Below, one piece after another: positions 1 through 9,572 of a stretch of DNA of 64,000 nucleotides. This DNA is from Dehalococcoidia bacterium. Lineage in GTDB: Bacteria > Chloroflexota > Dehalococcoidia > Plut-88900. A program made the translations under genes and the position numbers. The stretch covers positions 2,304,001 through 2,368,000 of the forward strand of contig OZ240219.1 in NCBI GenBank assembly GCA_965197645.1, given 5' to 3'. The notes under the pieces are model-generated. The model had not been told where the DNA came from, made no database searches, and worked only from the letters and a program-made list of their open reading frames with translations. Every line of letters begins with the position of its first letter. The stretch's first letter is position 1.

Positions 1-1415
1 AAGCCGTCGGGGTTGGTCCACACGGGGTTGTACACTCGGGTGAAATAAACGTCGATGGACCTGTCCCGCTCCTTAAGTAGGTGAGGCAGGAGAAAACTCA
101 TTTCGAAATGGGACAGCGGGAACTCGGGAGGAAAGTGTACGTCGTTCCAGCACTCGAGCGGTGGAGGTTGAGTAACAGCCCGCGGCACGAACTTGGCCCA
201 GGCATTGGGCAACGTGCCTCCAGGAGTGCCCACCGAGCCGGTGAGCACATTGAGGAAGAAGAGGGCCCGGGGCACCATCCATCCGCCCAGATGACCCGCC
301 GCCGCATTCCTCCAGATGTGACTGGCGAAGGCCGTCCCGGCCTGGGCCACCTCCTTGGCTATGGTGAGAAGCAGATCCGGTGACACGCCGGTCTCCTCCT
401 CGGCCCATTCGAAAGTGTAACCTCGATAGAGGTCCTTCAACAGCGTAATTAAGCCATCGAAGGAGGTATCCTCCGGCACCTGGTCCAGCAGCTCCTGGCC
501 CACCAGGTAGCCCAGGTAGGCCTCATCCTTCATCAGCTGCCGCCAGTTGGTCCACCTCTCCAGGAAGGCACGGTTGTACAGGTCCTCTTGAATCAGGTAG
601 TTGGCGATGGCCAGCAGCAGCCCGGCTTCGGTGCCTGGTCGAGGGGCCAACCAGTAGTCGGACTGGGAAGCGGTGTTGGACAGGCGGGTATCGATCACCG
701 CTACCTTGGCGCCCGATGATTGGGCCTCCACGATACGCTGGGCCTGGGGCACAAAGTAGTGACCCGACTCCAGGTGAGAGCTCATGAGGAGGATGAACCG
801 GGCGTTGGCATGGTCGGGGGTGGGCCGGTCCATACCCATCCACGCCGCATAGCCAAAACGGGCGCTGGAGGAGCATATATTGGTGTGGGAGTTGTGGCCA
901 TCGACGCCCCAGGCCTGGAGGACCCGTTCCGTATACAGGTCCTCTCCGGGTCGGCCCACGTGATACACCACTTGGTCTCGGCGGTCCTCGATGATGGCGC
1001 GGCGGATGCGCTGAGCGATGTCGTCCATCGCTTCGTTCCAGGAGACCCTTTGCCACTTGCCATCTCCTCTTTTGCCGGTATTCCGCAGCGGGTACAGGAT
1101 GCGCTCGGGGTTGGTGACCTGGCTCAAGGTCGCTGGCCCTTTGGCACAGTTCCTGCCCCGGCTTGCGGGGTGGTGGGGGTGGCCCTCCAGCTTGCGAATC
1201 TGCTGGGTGTCCTTGTCTACGTATGCGAGAAGCCCGCAGGCCGACTCGCAGTTGAAGCACGCCGTCGGGATCAGGCTGTATCGCCGTTCCACCTTCCGTG
1301 GCCATTCCTTGGGGTCGTACTCCGTCCAGTCATCCCAGTCCTCGACGTCAGGCCCGGATTTCAGACCCCGAGGTGCTTCCGATTGGGCCCCTGCCTGATC
1401 TTTGCCTATTGCCAT
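1..1415 (-). CDS. Molybdopterin (DMSO reductase family, Psr/Ttr/Soe-like) catalytic subunit, runs off the window edge
   Basis: Absent from the ORF track because it has no stop in the window. Manual translation from ATG 1415: MAIGKDQ...TACFNCESACG...SRGRNCAKG...RILYPL...VSWNEA...HNSHTNICS...VIDTRLSNTA...PRPGTE. This gives the FS0 4Fe-4S motif and Mo-bisPGD family motifs. Confidence 0.9.
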   Translation of the reverse strand, partial: MAIGKDQAGAQSEAPRGLKSGPDVEDWDDWTEYDPKEWPRKVERRYSLIPTACFNCESACGLLAYVDKDTQQIRKLEGHPHHPASRGRNCAKGPATLSQVTNPERILYPLRNTGKRGDGKWQRVSWNEAMDDIAQRIRRAIIEDRRDQVVYHVGRPGEDLYTERVLQAWGVDGHNSHTNICSSSARFGYAAWMGMDRPTPDHANARFILLMSSHLESGHYFVPQAQRIVEAQSSGAKVAVIDTRLSNTASQSDYWLAPRPGTEAGLLLAIANYLIQEDLYNRAFLERWTNWRQLMKDEAYLGYLVGQELLDQVPEDTSFDGLITLLKDLYRGYTFEWAEEETGVSPDLLLTIAKEVAQAGTAFASHIWRNAAAGHLGGWMVPRALFFLNVLTGSVGTPGGTLPNAWAKFVPRAVTQPPPLECWNDVHFPPEFPLSHFEMSFLLPHLLKERDRSIDVYFTRVYNPVWTNPDG

Positions 1416-1454
1416 TTCGTTCCTGCTCTCAACCCTATAGACGTACTGAAGATA

Positions 1455-3041
1455 CTAGCTTTGCGGGACCGATTGTCCTGCCTGGACATAGGCGTGCTCG
1501 TAGAGCAAAAGGCCGGCAAGAGCCGACGCCGATGCGGCGATGTGAGTCCAGTCGGGCGACCCAGCCAGGGCCATCGCAGTAAGGACGAAGGGTACGAGGC
1601 CTCCGAGAAGTATGCCGGTCCAGTAGTAGATTCGATACCTACCCAAGAACATGTTCCGAGCAGCGGCCGCGGCCTGGGGGGTGGGGTGGAGATTGACAAG
1701 ATCGCTCAGCCCGAGGGCCAGGAAGGCGGAGACCGAGATGATCAACGCCCACTGCAGTAGAGTCACGCCCCTTGTCTCCAGGTCTACGAAGCTGCTCAGT
1801 ATCAGCAGCGATGCGGAGCCGGCGACTACGGCGTGGGCGATGAAGGCCAGCACCAGCAGAGGATTTTGCCATAGGTCTCGACCCTTGGATTGACTTAGCA
1901 GGAAAGCGGTATACGCGGCCACGGCAACGGAGGTAACGAGACCGGCCCATCTCAGTACCTGGATGAGCTCTCGCAACTCGGCGAGGGCAGCGACTAGGAA
2001 TAACAGCAGCAGCAATCCGTGGACGCTTATAATGTACGCGCCCCGTACCAGCCACGACCTCCACTGAGGTCGAGTCAACACATAGTAGAATCTCCTGGGA
2101 TGGGATAGGTCCCAGACCAACAGCAGTCCGGTCAATCCCAAGAAGGCCACTGATAGTACGGTAATGATTACTTCCCAGCCTTGACTGAGGGAGATGCCAA
2201 GTATCCCGAGGATAGCCATCATCAGAAATGCACCCGAGGCGATCGACTTGGTCCAGGTATAGGTGGAGACCCTCCAGTCCCAAGGAATCCGGTGGGGCTG
2301 ATCGTAGACCAGGATGGCGGCAGCTGCGCTCCGGTCCGGGGCCCCACTTCTCTTCCGTTCGACGGGGTCCATGACGGTCCCGCCAGGCAAGGCGTCGGGT
2401 TGAGACTGGGCCCACGGCAGTCTGCCTTGAGCAGAAGCGCTCTTGGGATTCGAGGCGTGTTGAGGGTCGAGGGTACGATCGCTGGCGCCCACGTAGTGAA
2501 GCTTGGGAACAGTCTTTTTTTCGGGGCGCCTGACCTGGACGTCGCCGTCTTCCAGTATCCGGGACACCTGGCTGCTTGGATCGTTCATGTCTCCGACTAT
2601 AATGGCCTGCGTAGGGCAGACGACTACACAGGCCGGTTCAAGGCCGATATCAATGCGATTGGTACAGAAGTTACACTTCTCGGCGCTATGGCTCTCGGGA
2701 TCGATGTAGATGGCGTCGTAGGGGCAGGCTGCTATGCAGGCCTTGCAGCCGATACATATGTCCCTGTCGAAATCTACGATCCCGTCGGGACGCCGGTACA
2801 TGGCGCTGGTGGGGCACGCAGCGACGCAGGGAGGCTCGTCGCACTGGTTGCATCGGGTAACCTGGAAGTCGTATTTCGAGTCGGGGAAGGTCCCGACCGC
2901 TACCTGCTTCACATAGGTGCGGGTGACTCCCAGCGGGACGCTATGCTCCTGCTTGCAAGCGATGGTACAGGCATGACACCCGATACACCTGGTCTGGTCT
3001 ATGACCTTGCCCCACTTTATCTCTCGTGCATCGTCGCTCAT
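1455..3041 (-). CDS. Fused 4Fe-4S dicluster (NrfC/PsrB-like) and NrfD/PsrC-like membrane anchor
   Basis: CIGCHAC, CNQCDEPPC, CIGCKAC..CPY and KCNFC motifs at the N-terminus. The C-terminus has about 8 TM helices with the DLSHPRRF...SWLVRG NrfD signature. Confidence 0.9.
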   Translation of the reverse strand: MSDDAREIKWGKVIDQTRCIGCHACTIACKQEHSVPLGVTRTYVKQVAVGTFPDSKYDFQVTRCNQCDEPPCVAACPTSAMYRRPDGIVDFDRDICIGCKACIAACPYDAIYIDPESHSAEKCNFCTNRIDIGLEPACVVVCPTQAIIVGDMNDPSSQVSRILEDGDVQVRRPEKKTVPKLHYVGASDRTLDPQHASNPKSASAQGRLPWAQSQPDALPGGTVMDPVERKRSGAPDRSAAAAILVYDQPHRIPWDWRVSTYTWTKSIASGAFLMMAILGILGISLSQGWEVIITVLSVAFLGLTGLLLVWDLSHPRRFYYVLTRPQWRSWLVRGAYIISVHGLLLLLFLVAALAELRELIQVLRWAGLVTSVAVAAYTAFLLSQSKGRDLWQNPLLVLAFIAHAVVAGSASLLILSSFVDLETRGVTLLQWALIISVSAFLALGLSDLVNLHPTPQAAAAARNMFLGRYRIYYWTGILLGGLVPFVLTAMALAGSPDWTHIAASASALAGLLLYEHAYVQAGQSVPQS

Positions 3042-3112
3042 AGCCCGTTACCGCACCGTATTGAATCAACGTTGGCCTACCGTAAGAGAAGATTAGCAGT
3101 AGGGCGTTACCG

Positions 3113-3907
3113 ATGACAATAGCTGAAGAGATAGTTTTGGGAGCATTGCTCGGCTTTGCCACGGGGTTGACCGGGGTTGGGGGGGCGGCGCTGACCATCC
3201 CTGCCCTGGTCTTCCTGTTGGGATTCTCGACGGTAGGCTCGGTTGCCGTATCCTTCCCCTTTGTCGCAGTCATCAAGCTCTTTGGCTTCTTCCAGCACCG
3301 CCGCCAGGGGACGTTCCATCTGCGTCTCAGCCTGGCGCTGCTCGTAGGGAGCATTCCGGCCACCGTGCTAGGCGTATTGATCATTTCACGGCTCTTCGAC
3401 CGGTTCGGGGAAGAGCTGGATTTGTGGCTCAATCTCTCAATCGGGGCCCTGATCATCGCCAGCATAAGTCTGCTTCTGGTGCAAACCCGGTCCGCCAACC
3501 GGTCCGATGACAGGGAAGACGAGACGTTTGGCCGGCCCCAGTGGCTCCGAGGTATGGCTCTGGGCTTCCCAATGGGAGCGATCATCGGCGCGACATCCGT
3601 TGGAGCCGGCAGTATCATGATCACGCTATGTCTTATCGTGTACCGCATCAGTACAGCCAAGATAGTGGGCAGCAGCATCGGGGTTTCGCTGGTACTTATG
3701 ATCGTAGGCGCCGTTGGATACGCGGGGACCGACCTGGTCGACTACTGGGCGGTCCTGTACCTCAGTATCGGCGGGGTCCCCGGAGTCATTCTGGGCAGCA
3801 TGCTGATCAACAAACTGCCCCAGACGGTGCTGCTGAGGCTGGTGTCCTTGGCCGTGGTGGCTGCCGGACTCGCTCTTATAGGAAAGGGGATCCATCAGTT
3901 AACATAA
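3113..3907 (+). CDS. Sulfite exporter TauE/SafE family protein
   Basis: GLTGVGGAAL and repeated GATSVGAGS motifs; hydrophobic, two-fold internal repeat. Confidence 0.85.
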   Translation: MTIAEEIVLGALLGFATGLTGVGGAALTIPALVFLLGFSTVGSVAVSFPFVAVIKLFGFFQHRRQGTFHLRLSLALLVGSIPATVLGVLIISRLFDRFGEELDLWLNLSIGALIIASISLLLVQTRSANRSDDREDETFGRPQWLRGMALGFPMGAIIGATSVGAGSIMITLCLIVYRISTAKIVGSSIGVSLVLMIVGAVGYAGTDLVDYWAVLYLSIGGVPGVILGSMLINKLPQTVLLRLVSLAVVAAGLALIGKGIHQLT

Positions 3908-4053
3908 CACATCCGATATACAAGGGTCTGTTTTCGAAACTGCTCTCCACACCGGACATCGAGCGTTACCCCGGGAACTAGGTCGACCAACCGTTTGCCA
4001 AAATGTAGAAGCTCAGTGCTTCCACGGCTAACGGTAGGATGCTCCGTCGGCGG

Positions 4054-4917
4054 TCACGTAATACTCAGCAGGATGACGCCGGCCACGACCGATGCGACCC
4101 CCAGGACCTGGATGGGGTGCAGACGCTCGCGAAGGAATACGATGGCGCCAGCTATGGGCACTAGGGTGTAGCCGGCCGAGACAGCGGCGACGACTACTAC
4201 GATCCCTACTTGCGTGCCTCTGGCGAAGGCGAACATGCCAGCGATCTCGATGGCGCCAATTACGAGTATTGCGAAGATGATTCTAGCGGTTAGGCGTTGG
4301 TCCGGTTCCGGCCGTTCCCTTATCGCCAAGGGCAACACGAGAACAGCCGTGAACATCCTGATCATGTAGATAGGCAGGAACCAACCCAAGTCCTTTGACA
4401 GGACCGCGATGGAGTAGTAGAAAACCCCGAAGGCGATCATGGCCAGAAATGCGAAGAAGACACCTCTTCCGATGACGACGCGTCCGCCTTTCAGCTCCCC
4501 GAGGTTTATCGATGCAAGGAAGGCACCGAGCAGGGCCGCTGTGACGCCGGCGGACCGGCCCGGAGACATGCTCTCGGCGAGGATCAGGACGGCGAGGATG
4601 ATAACTATGCCCTTGTAAGCGGACATGATAGGGCTGACGATGGCCACGGGCCCACGCTGTAGAGCGGCGTAATACAGGGCGTAGTTGATGGTGTAGAGGG
4701 CACCGAGTCCGATGGCTGTGAGCCACTGCTGGCCGGATGCATGGACGATGCCGCCATCGAAGGGGACGTAGGCGGTCGCAGCCAGCACAGAGGCTACATT
4801 TACTCCGAAGATCAGCCTGAAGTGGCTGGTCCTCCGGGCCAGCAGCGCACTGGCAAACTCCGCCAGTCCGAAACCCAGGGCCGCCAGCAGGCCCATGCTC
4901 ACGCTGTCAGCAATCAT
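4054..4917 (-). CDS. DMT/EamA family transporter
   Basis: 287 aa, about 10 TM, two EamA repeats (GPVAIVSPI; FLRERL). Confidence 0.85.
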   Translation of the reverse strand: MIADSVSMGLLAALGFGLAEFASALLARRTSHFRLIFGVNVASVLAATAYVPFDGGIVHASGQQWLTAIGLGALYTINYALYYAALQRGPVAIVSPIMSAYKGIVIILAVLILAESMSPGRSAGVTAALLGAFLASINLGELKGGRVVIGRGVFFAFLAMIAFGVFYYSIAVLSKDLGWFLPIYMIRMFTAVLVLPLAIRERPEPDQRLTARIIFAILVIGAIEIAGMFAFARGTQVGIVVVVAAVSAGYTLVPIAGAIVFLRERLHPIQVLGVASVVAGVILLSIT

Positions 4918-5136
4918 GCTGCTAGCCCGTCGGATACGTAGAGGAGACTACAGGTATCTGGAAAAGTCGAGACCTTCCTTGATCGTACGGTCGATGGGGG
5001 TTGCCGGATTCGGCACGACGTTACTTGAAAGAGATCCAAGAGGAGCCGGTCGTGATGGACAAAGTCTGCTAGTCGATGTCCATCGGAGCTCTAAAGGCCC
5101 TCGGTCACCACTTACTCGCGCTCTGAAACCCGACGG

Positions 5137-6444
5137 CTATCGTCCATATCCCCTAGAGGCGAGGGCCAGGGACACCTCTTCGCCTGCCTGGTGGCCGTCG
5201 AGATCGACCATCTTGCCGTCTTTGATGACGGTCTCCAGATTTGTCGTGTCCTGCAAGACCCGGATGTCGGCCACCGGATCGGTATTCCAGACCGTCAGGT
5301 CGGCCAGTTTGCCTTCCTCGATGGTACCGACCTCTCCGTCCAACCCGACCGCCCAGGCGTTGTCCCTGGTGAATGCAGAGATCGCCTCCAGCGGCGAGTA
5401 CCTCGACTCTCGCACCATGAGCGCCGCTTCCCTGGCGTGGTATTTGCCATAGGGCATGATGTCGGAGTTGCCGGAATCGGTGCCGGCCAGCACCCTGATG
5501 CCCAGCCCTCGACACTTCTCGATGACCCCCGCCACCCCTTCCAGGTTGCGTTTCACCAGGTCCGTTTCCTCGTCGGTAGAGACATCCTCCCAGCCGGATT
5601 CCAACACCCGCTCCAGGAAGGTTGCGGCCGGCAGAATGGGGATCCCGGCCTCGGCGACGGCTTCCAGGTCTTCATCGGTGGCCAGATCGGCGTGCAGTAT
5701 GCAGTCCACGCCGGCCTCGGTGGCGTCCCGTGTCGAGCCGGTGCCCCTAGAATGGATGAACACCCTGGTGTTGCGCCGGTGTGCCTCTCCCACCACCGCC
5801 GATAGCTCCTCTCGAGAGATCGTTTGCGAATCGCCCCAGGTGCTGTCGGCCAGCTTGATGAAGTCGACGCCGTGCTTGATCTGGCGTCTCACCTCGGTGA
5901 TCATTTCGGGAACGCTGTTGGCAAGCACGCCCACCGAGTGCTCCGGAGTTCCAACCCACGAGGGCTCGTTATCGATGATGCTGCCGTAGGTGACGATAAA
6001 CCGGCCGGCGCAGGCTATACGGGGCCCTTCAAGCAGTCCGGTGTTTATGGCATCTCTCAACGCTACGTCGATGAACCAGGTCCCACCCGGTACGGCGATG
6101 CTGGTTATTCCCGCGCGCAGCACCTCGCGCGCATTGATAGCGGCCCGAATCGTTCCCATCTCGGGGTTTGCCGTCCCCCGCCCTCCGGGTACGCCCGGAA
6201 ACTCTGGAAAGCCGAAAGAAAGGTGGCAGTGGGCATCGATGAGGCCAGGCATCACCCATCGACCCGATGCGTCGATAACGTGGACTGTAGGGCCGTTCAC
6301 GTCGATGTGTGCAGGCAATTCGCCGACGTTGGTGATGCGGTTACCTTCGATGACAATAGCCTCGTTGGCCATTGGCTGCCTGCCCGTGCCGTCGATGAGC
6401 GTGCCGTTTTCGATTACAGTGATCGCGTTGCTGCCGTTCCTCAT
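5137..6444 (-). CDS. Amidohydrolase family protein (Xaa-Pro dipeptidase/imidazolonepropionase-like)
   Basis: PGLIDAHCH, AGTDSG, GTIEEGKLADL. Start reassigned to ATG 6444 after a GGGGT/AGGAG-type RBS. Confidence 0.85.
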   Translation of the reverse strand: MRNGSNAITVIENGTLIDGTGRQPMANEAIVIEGNRITNVGELPAHIDVNGPTVHVIDASGRWVMPGLIDAHCHLSFGFPEFPGVPGGRGTANPEMGTIRAAINAREVLRAGITSIAVPGGTWFIDVALRDAINTGLLEGPRIACAGRFIVTYGSIIDNEPSWVGTPEHSVGVLANSVPEMITEVRRQIKHGVDFIKLADSTWGDSQTISREELSAVVGEAHRRNTRVFIHSRGTGSTRDATEAGVDCILHADLATDEDLEAVAEAGIPILPAATFLERVLESGWEDVSTDEETDLVKRNLEGVAGVIEKCRGLGIRVLAGTDSGNSDIMPYGKYHAREAALMVRESRYSPLEAISAFTRDNAWAVGLDGEVGTIEEGKLADLTVWNTDPVADIRVLQDTTNLETVIKDGKMVDLDGHQAGEEVSLALASRGYGR

Positions 6445-6682
6445 GCTTCTACCCCTCCTGCGTATCCGGCCCCTTCTTCGTACACAGCATACTACCAGAT
6501 TTGCCCGGTAAATCGAAAGCGGACCGGCCACCCGACGGTCTTGTTGATGGGGACATATCCATTTCAAGGCCCTCTCCCCAAGTCCTGTTGCCGGATGTGG
6601 ACTCTCCTTCCGGTGCGGGCATATACTAGGCCCAGTCTTCCCATTCCATCTCTGTATCCGAATCGCCCGTCCATCGGAGGAA

Positions 6683-7747
6683 GTGATGTGTGCAGCGAGC
6701 TACCCCAGCTGGGAAAGGTTCCTCAAGACCAGCCGGGCCAGAAGGTACAAATGGCCTCTCGTGGCCCCGGAGACACCCTCCTTCATGGGCGCTCCTCCCG
6801 TGACGAGACCCGATGAGATCAAGGGGGCCGACATCGCCATACTGGGCGCGCCCTACGTCGCCACCTATGGCGATCAGTACGCAGGGGTCCACATGAACGA
6901 ATGGATCGCAGCGCCCAAGAGGGTCCGCCAACAGTCGGTACGGTACCCCGGCGGCTATATCCAGGACTTCGACATCGAGGTGTTCGACCACATCAACGTC
7001 GTCGACTATGGAGACGTGGACATACCCCTGTCCCTGATGCAGAACCAGACCGCGGAGGGAATACTGGATGCCCAGGCGATGGTGGAGGAGAAAGTGAGTC
7101 ATATTCTGGACGCCGGGGCCATCCCCATCGTCATAGGCCAGAACTCGCCCTGCGGCACCTATGCCGTCGCCAAGCCCATCTGTGAACATACCATGGGCCA
7201 GGTCGGCTGCATCAGCCTGGATACCCACTGGGATTCTCTGACCTTCGACGAGCTGACCAACGACCCTCGGATCGCAGGCAGCGGCTGCTGGAAGTACAGA
7301 ATGTACCAGTTCCAGCCCACCATGCATCCTCGTAGCCTTGTCGAGATAGGAGAGCGGGGCCCGATGGAGGAGCGAGAGACCGTCCACCACTACATCGATG
7401 ACGGGGCTCGGTTCATCTCGTCCTGGGACGTCAGAAGCGGTGTCGGAATAGAAGGTGTCGTGGACGCCCTGGACCAGGCCTATCGCGGCACAAACGGCGT
7501 CTACGTTCACTTCGATATGGACGTTCTCGGCGGAGCGGGTCCGGCGCCGGGCGACATCCTGGGCGAGCTGGCCGAACCCATCGGGTTGACCGACTACGAG
7601 ACGATCCGCATCGCCCACGAAATCGGTAAGCGAGGCCTCTCCGGTATGTCCCTGGTCGCCATCCCGCCGGGATCCCAGGTCATCTACCGGGTGATAGTCT
7701 ATGTGATAATGTACCTGATGGCCGGCATGGCCATGAGGACAGACTAG
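6683..7747 (+). CDS. Arginase/agmatinase (ureohydrolase) family protein, atypical active site
   Basis: DIAILGAPY, VDYGDV, SLDTHWD, HFDMDVL motifs; GGAGG RBS upstream. Confidence 0.8.
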   Translation: MMCAASYPSWERFLKTSRARRYKWPLVAPETPSFMGAPPVTRPDEIKGADIAILGAPYVATYGDQYAGVHMNEWIAAPKRVRQQSVRYPGGYIQDFDIEVFDHINVVDYGDVDIPLSLMQNQTAEGILDAQAMVEEKVSHILDAGAIPIVIGQNSPCGTYAVAKPICEHTMGQVGCISLDTHWDSLTFDELTNDPRIAGSGCWKYRMYQFQPTMHPRSLVEIGERGPMEERETVHHYIDDGARFISSWDVRSGVGIEGVVDALDQAYRGTNGVYVHFDMDVLGGAGPAPGDILGELAEPIGLTDYETIRIAHEIGKRGLSGMSLVAIPPGSQVIYRVIVYVIMYLMAGMAMRTD

Positions 7748-7778
7748 CCAATTAACATAAAGATATAGATCGGGACGT

Positions 7779-9014
7779 TTGATGAGCCAGATACTGTTCC
7801 AGAACTGTACCCTTCTCGACACCATCGAGGGCCGTATGCTCCCCGAGTACCACGTGCTGGTCGAGAATGATGGCATCAAAGAGGTCTCCGACCGCCCCAT
7901 CACGTCGTCCGGCGCCCATTCCGTGGACGTCGGAGGCCGCACCCTGATGCCCGGGTTGATCGACGTGCATGTTCACGCCACCGATTCGACTATGAACTTC
8001 GAAGAGATGGCCCGCAAACCGGTCACTCTCATAGCCCACGAGGCAGCGCGCATCCTGGAGCGAATACTGGCCAGGGGTTTTACCTCGATCCGTGACGCCG
8101 CCGGCGCCGACTACGGGCTCGTCGCCGCAGTCGATAGGGGCCTAATTCAGGGCCCTCGCATCTTCCATTGTGGCAAGGCGATCAGCCAGACGGGAGGCCA
8201 CGGCGACTTTCGGCCCCTGGGTGACTACGATCAGCTCTGCTCCTGCACTATTCATACTGGATTCATGTCCCACGTAGCCGACGGCATCGATGCAGTGCGA
8301 AAGGCCGCCCGGGAGGAGCTGCGACGAGGGGCACATGCCATCAAGATCATGGCCTCGGGAGGCGTTTCGTCGCCCATGGACCCGATCTGGAACATCCAGT
8401 TCTCCAGCGGTGAGATACGGGCCATAGTAGAGGAAGCGGCCAGCTGGCACACCTACGTCCTGGCCCATGCCTACACCCCGGAAGCCATCTCTAGAGCCGT
8501 TCGTGAAGGCGTCCGCACCATCGAGCACGGCAACCTGATAGACCAGCCAACCGCTCAGCTCATGGCCGAGCGAGGCGCCTACATAGTGCCCACCCTGGTG
8601 ACCTACGGCGCTATAGACCGGTTCGGTAGAGAGCACAACTTCCCCGAGGTCAGCCAGCGCAAGGTGAAAGACGTTCTCGAATACGGGTTGTCCTCTCTGG
8701 AGATAACCCGGCAGGCGGGTGTCAGGATGGGCTTCGGTACGGACCTGCTCGGCGAGCTCCACGACCACCAGTCCGAAGAGTTCCTGATCCGCTCCGAAGC
8801 CATGTCCTCCATGGAGATCATTCAGAGCGCCACGTCGGTCAATGCAGAGATACTGAAGCAGGAAGGCCGGTTGGGGGTGATTGCCCCAGACGCAACCGCC
8901 GATCTGCTGGTAGTAGACGGTGATCCCGTCCAGGACCTGCAGCTGCTCCAGGACCAGGGCGCCCATCTCCCCGTGATCATGAAGGCCGGCGAATTCATCG
9001 TGAATCGCCTGTAA
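7779..9014 (+). CDS. Amidohydrolase family protein (prolidase-like)
   Basis: PGLIDVHVH, TGGHGD, KIMASGGV, AHAY, IEHG, FGTD motifs. Confidence 0.9.
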   Translation: MMSQILFQNCTLLDTIEGRMLPEYHVLVENDGIKEVSDRPITSSGAHSVDVGGRTLMPGLIDVHVHATDSTMNFEEMARKPVTLIAHEAARILERILARGFTSIRDAAGADYGLVAAVDRGLIQGPRIFHCGKAISQTGGHGDFRPLGDYDQLCSCTIHTGFMSHVADGIDAVRKAAREELRRGAHAIKIMASGGVSSPMDPIWNIQFSSGEIRAIVEEAASWHTYVLAHAYTPEAISRAVREGVRTIEHGNLIDQPTAQLMAERGAYIVPTLVTYGAIDRFGREHNFPEVSQRKVKDVLEYGLSSLEITRQAGVRMGFGTDLLGELHDHQSEEFLIRSEAMSSMEIIQSATSVNAEILKQEGRLGVIAPDATADLLVVDGDPVQDLQLLQDQGAHLPVIMKAGEFIVNRL

Positions 9015-9102
9015 GACCGCCGGTTACCTGATCGGTAATGATAGTGCAAGGACAGGCCTGGCTTCGATGGTGTAGATATATTAGAGTTCGAAAGGAGCCC
9101 CA

Positions 9103-9564
9103 ATGTCAGAGCTAAACATCGGCGATCCGGCGCCTGAATTCAGCCTTCAGGACTGCCACGGCAACACAGTTTCGCTGAGTGACCAGCGAGGCAAGAAAGT
9201 CGTCTTATACTTCTACACCAGTTCGGGGGGCGGTAACTGAACCCGCATGGCTCTCGGGTACCGAGAGAATGCTCAGCTGCTGGCGGACAACAACATAGTC
9301 GTGTATGGAATGAACGACAAGGACGCTGAGAGCGCCAGGGAGTGGATAGAGAAGGAGCAGCTGCCCTTTACCGTACTGATGGACTCGGACCGAGAAGTCG
9401 GCATCGCTTACGGGATGTCGGCTGCGGACTCGGAACGGTACGTGGCGAACAATGCCGAAGGTCGCCGTCCTGCGGTAGCCATCGACGAGCAGGGTAGGAT
9501 AGCCGCCTGGGAGCCGGACATGAATGCCGTAGACCAGATAGCAGCTATGCTGGCCCGGCTATAG
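9103..9564 (+). CDS. Peroxiredoxin (BCP/AhpC-TSA)-like selenoprotein; TGA 9238-9240 read as Sec46
   Basis: ATG 9103 after AGGAG: [58 protein letters not shown]..., in frame with the 9247..9564 ORF. The TGA aligns with the peroxidatic Cys of BCP (YFYPxxxTxGCT). Confidence 0.85.
9245..9272 (+). promoter_or_regulatory. Putative bacterial SECIS hairpin
   Basis: GCAT-GG-CTCTCGG-GTA-CCGAGAG-A-ATGC: 7-bp upper stem, G-initiated apical loop about 17 nt after the UGA. Confidence 0.7.
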
Positions 9565-9572
9565 CCCGCGGG

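Noticed and set aside
1270-1300. ERRYSL as a Tat motif in the molybdoenzyme
   Set aside because: No hydrophobic h-region follows; it lies directly before the Fe-S cysteines.
73-1760. Many listed ORFs (523..1305, 720..1760, 1018..1398 and others)
   Set aside because: Shadow frames of the unlisted molybdoenzyme CDS that runs off the window edge.
9247-9564. Stand-alone 105-aa protein
   Set aside because: It is the C-terminal part of the TGA read-through peroxiredoxin starting at 9103.
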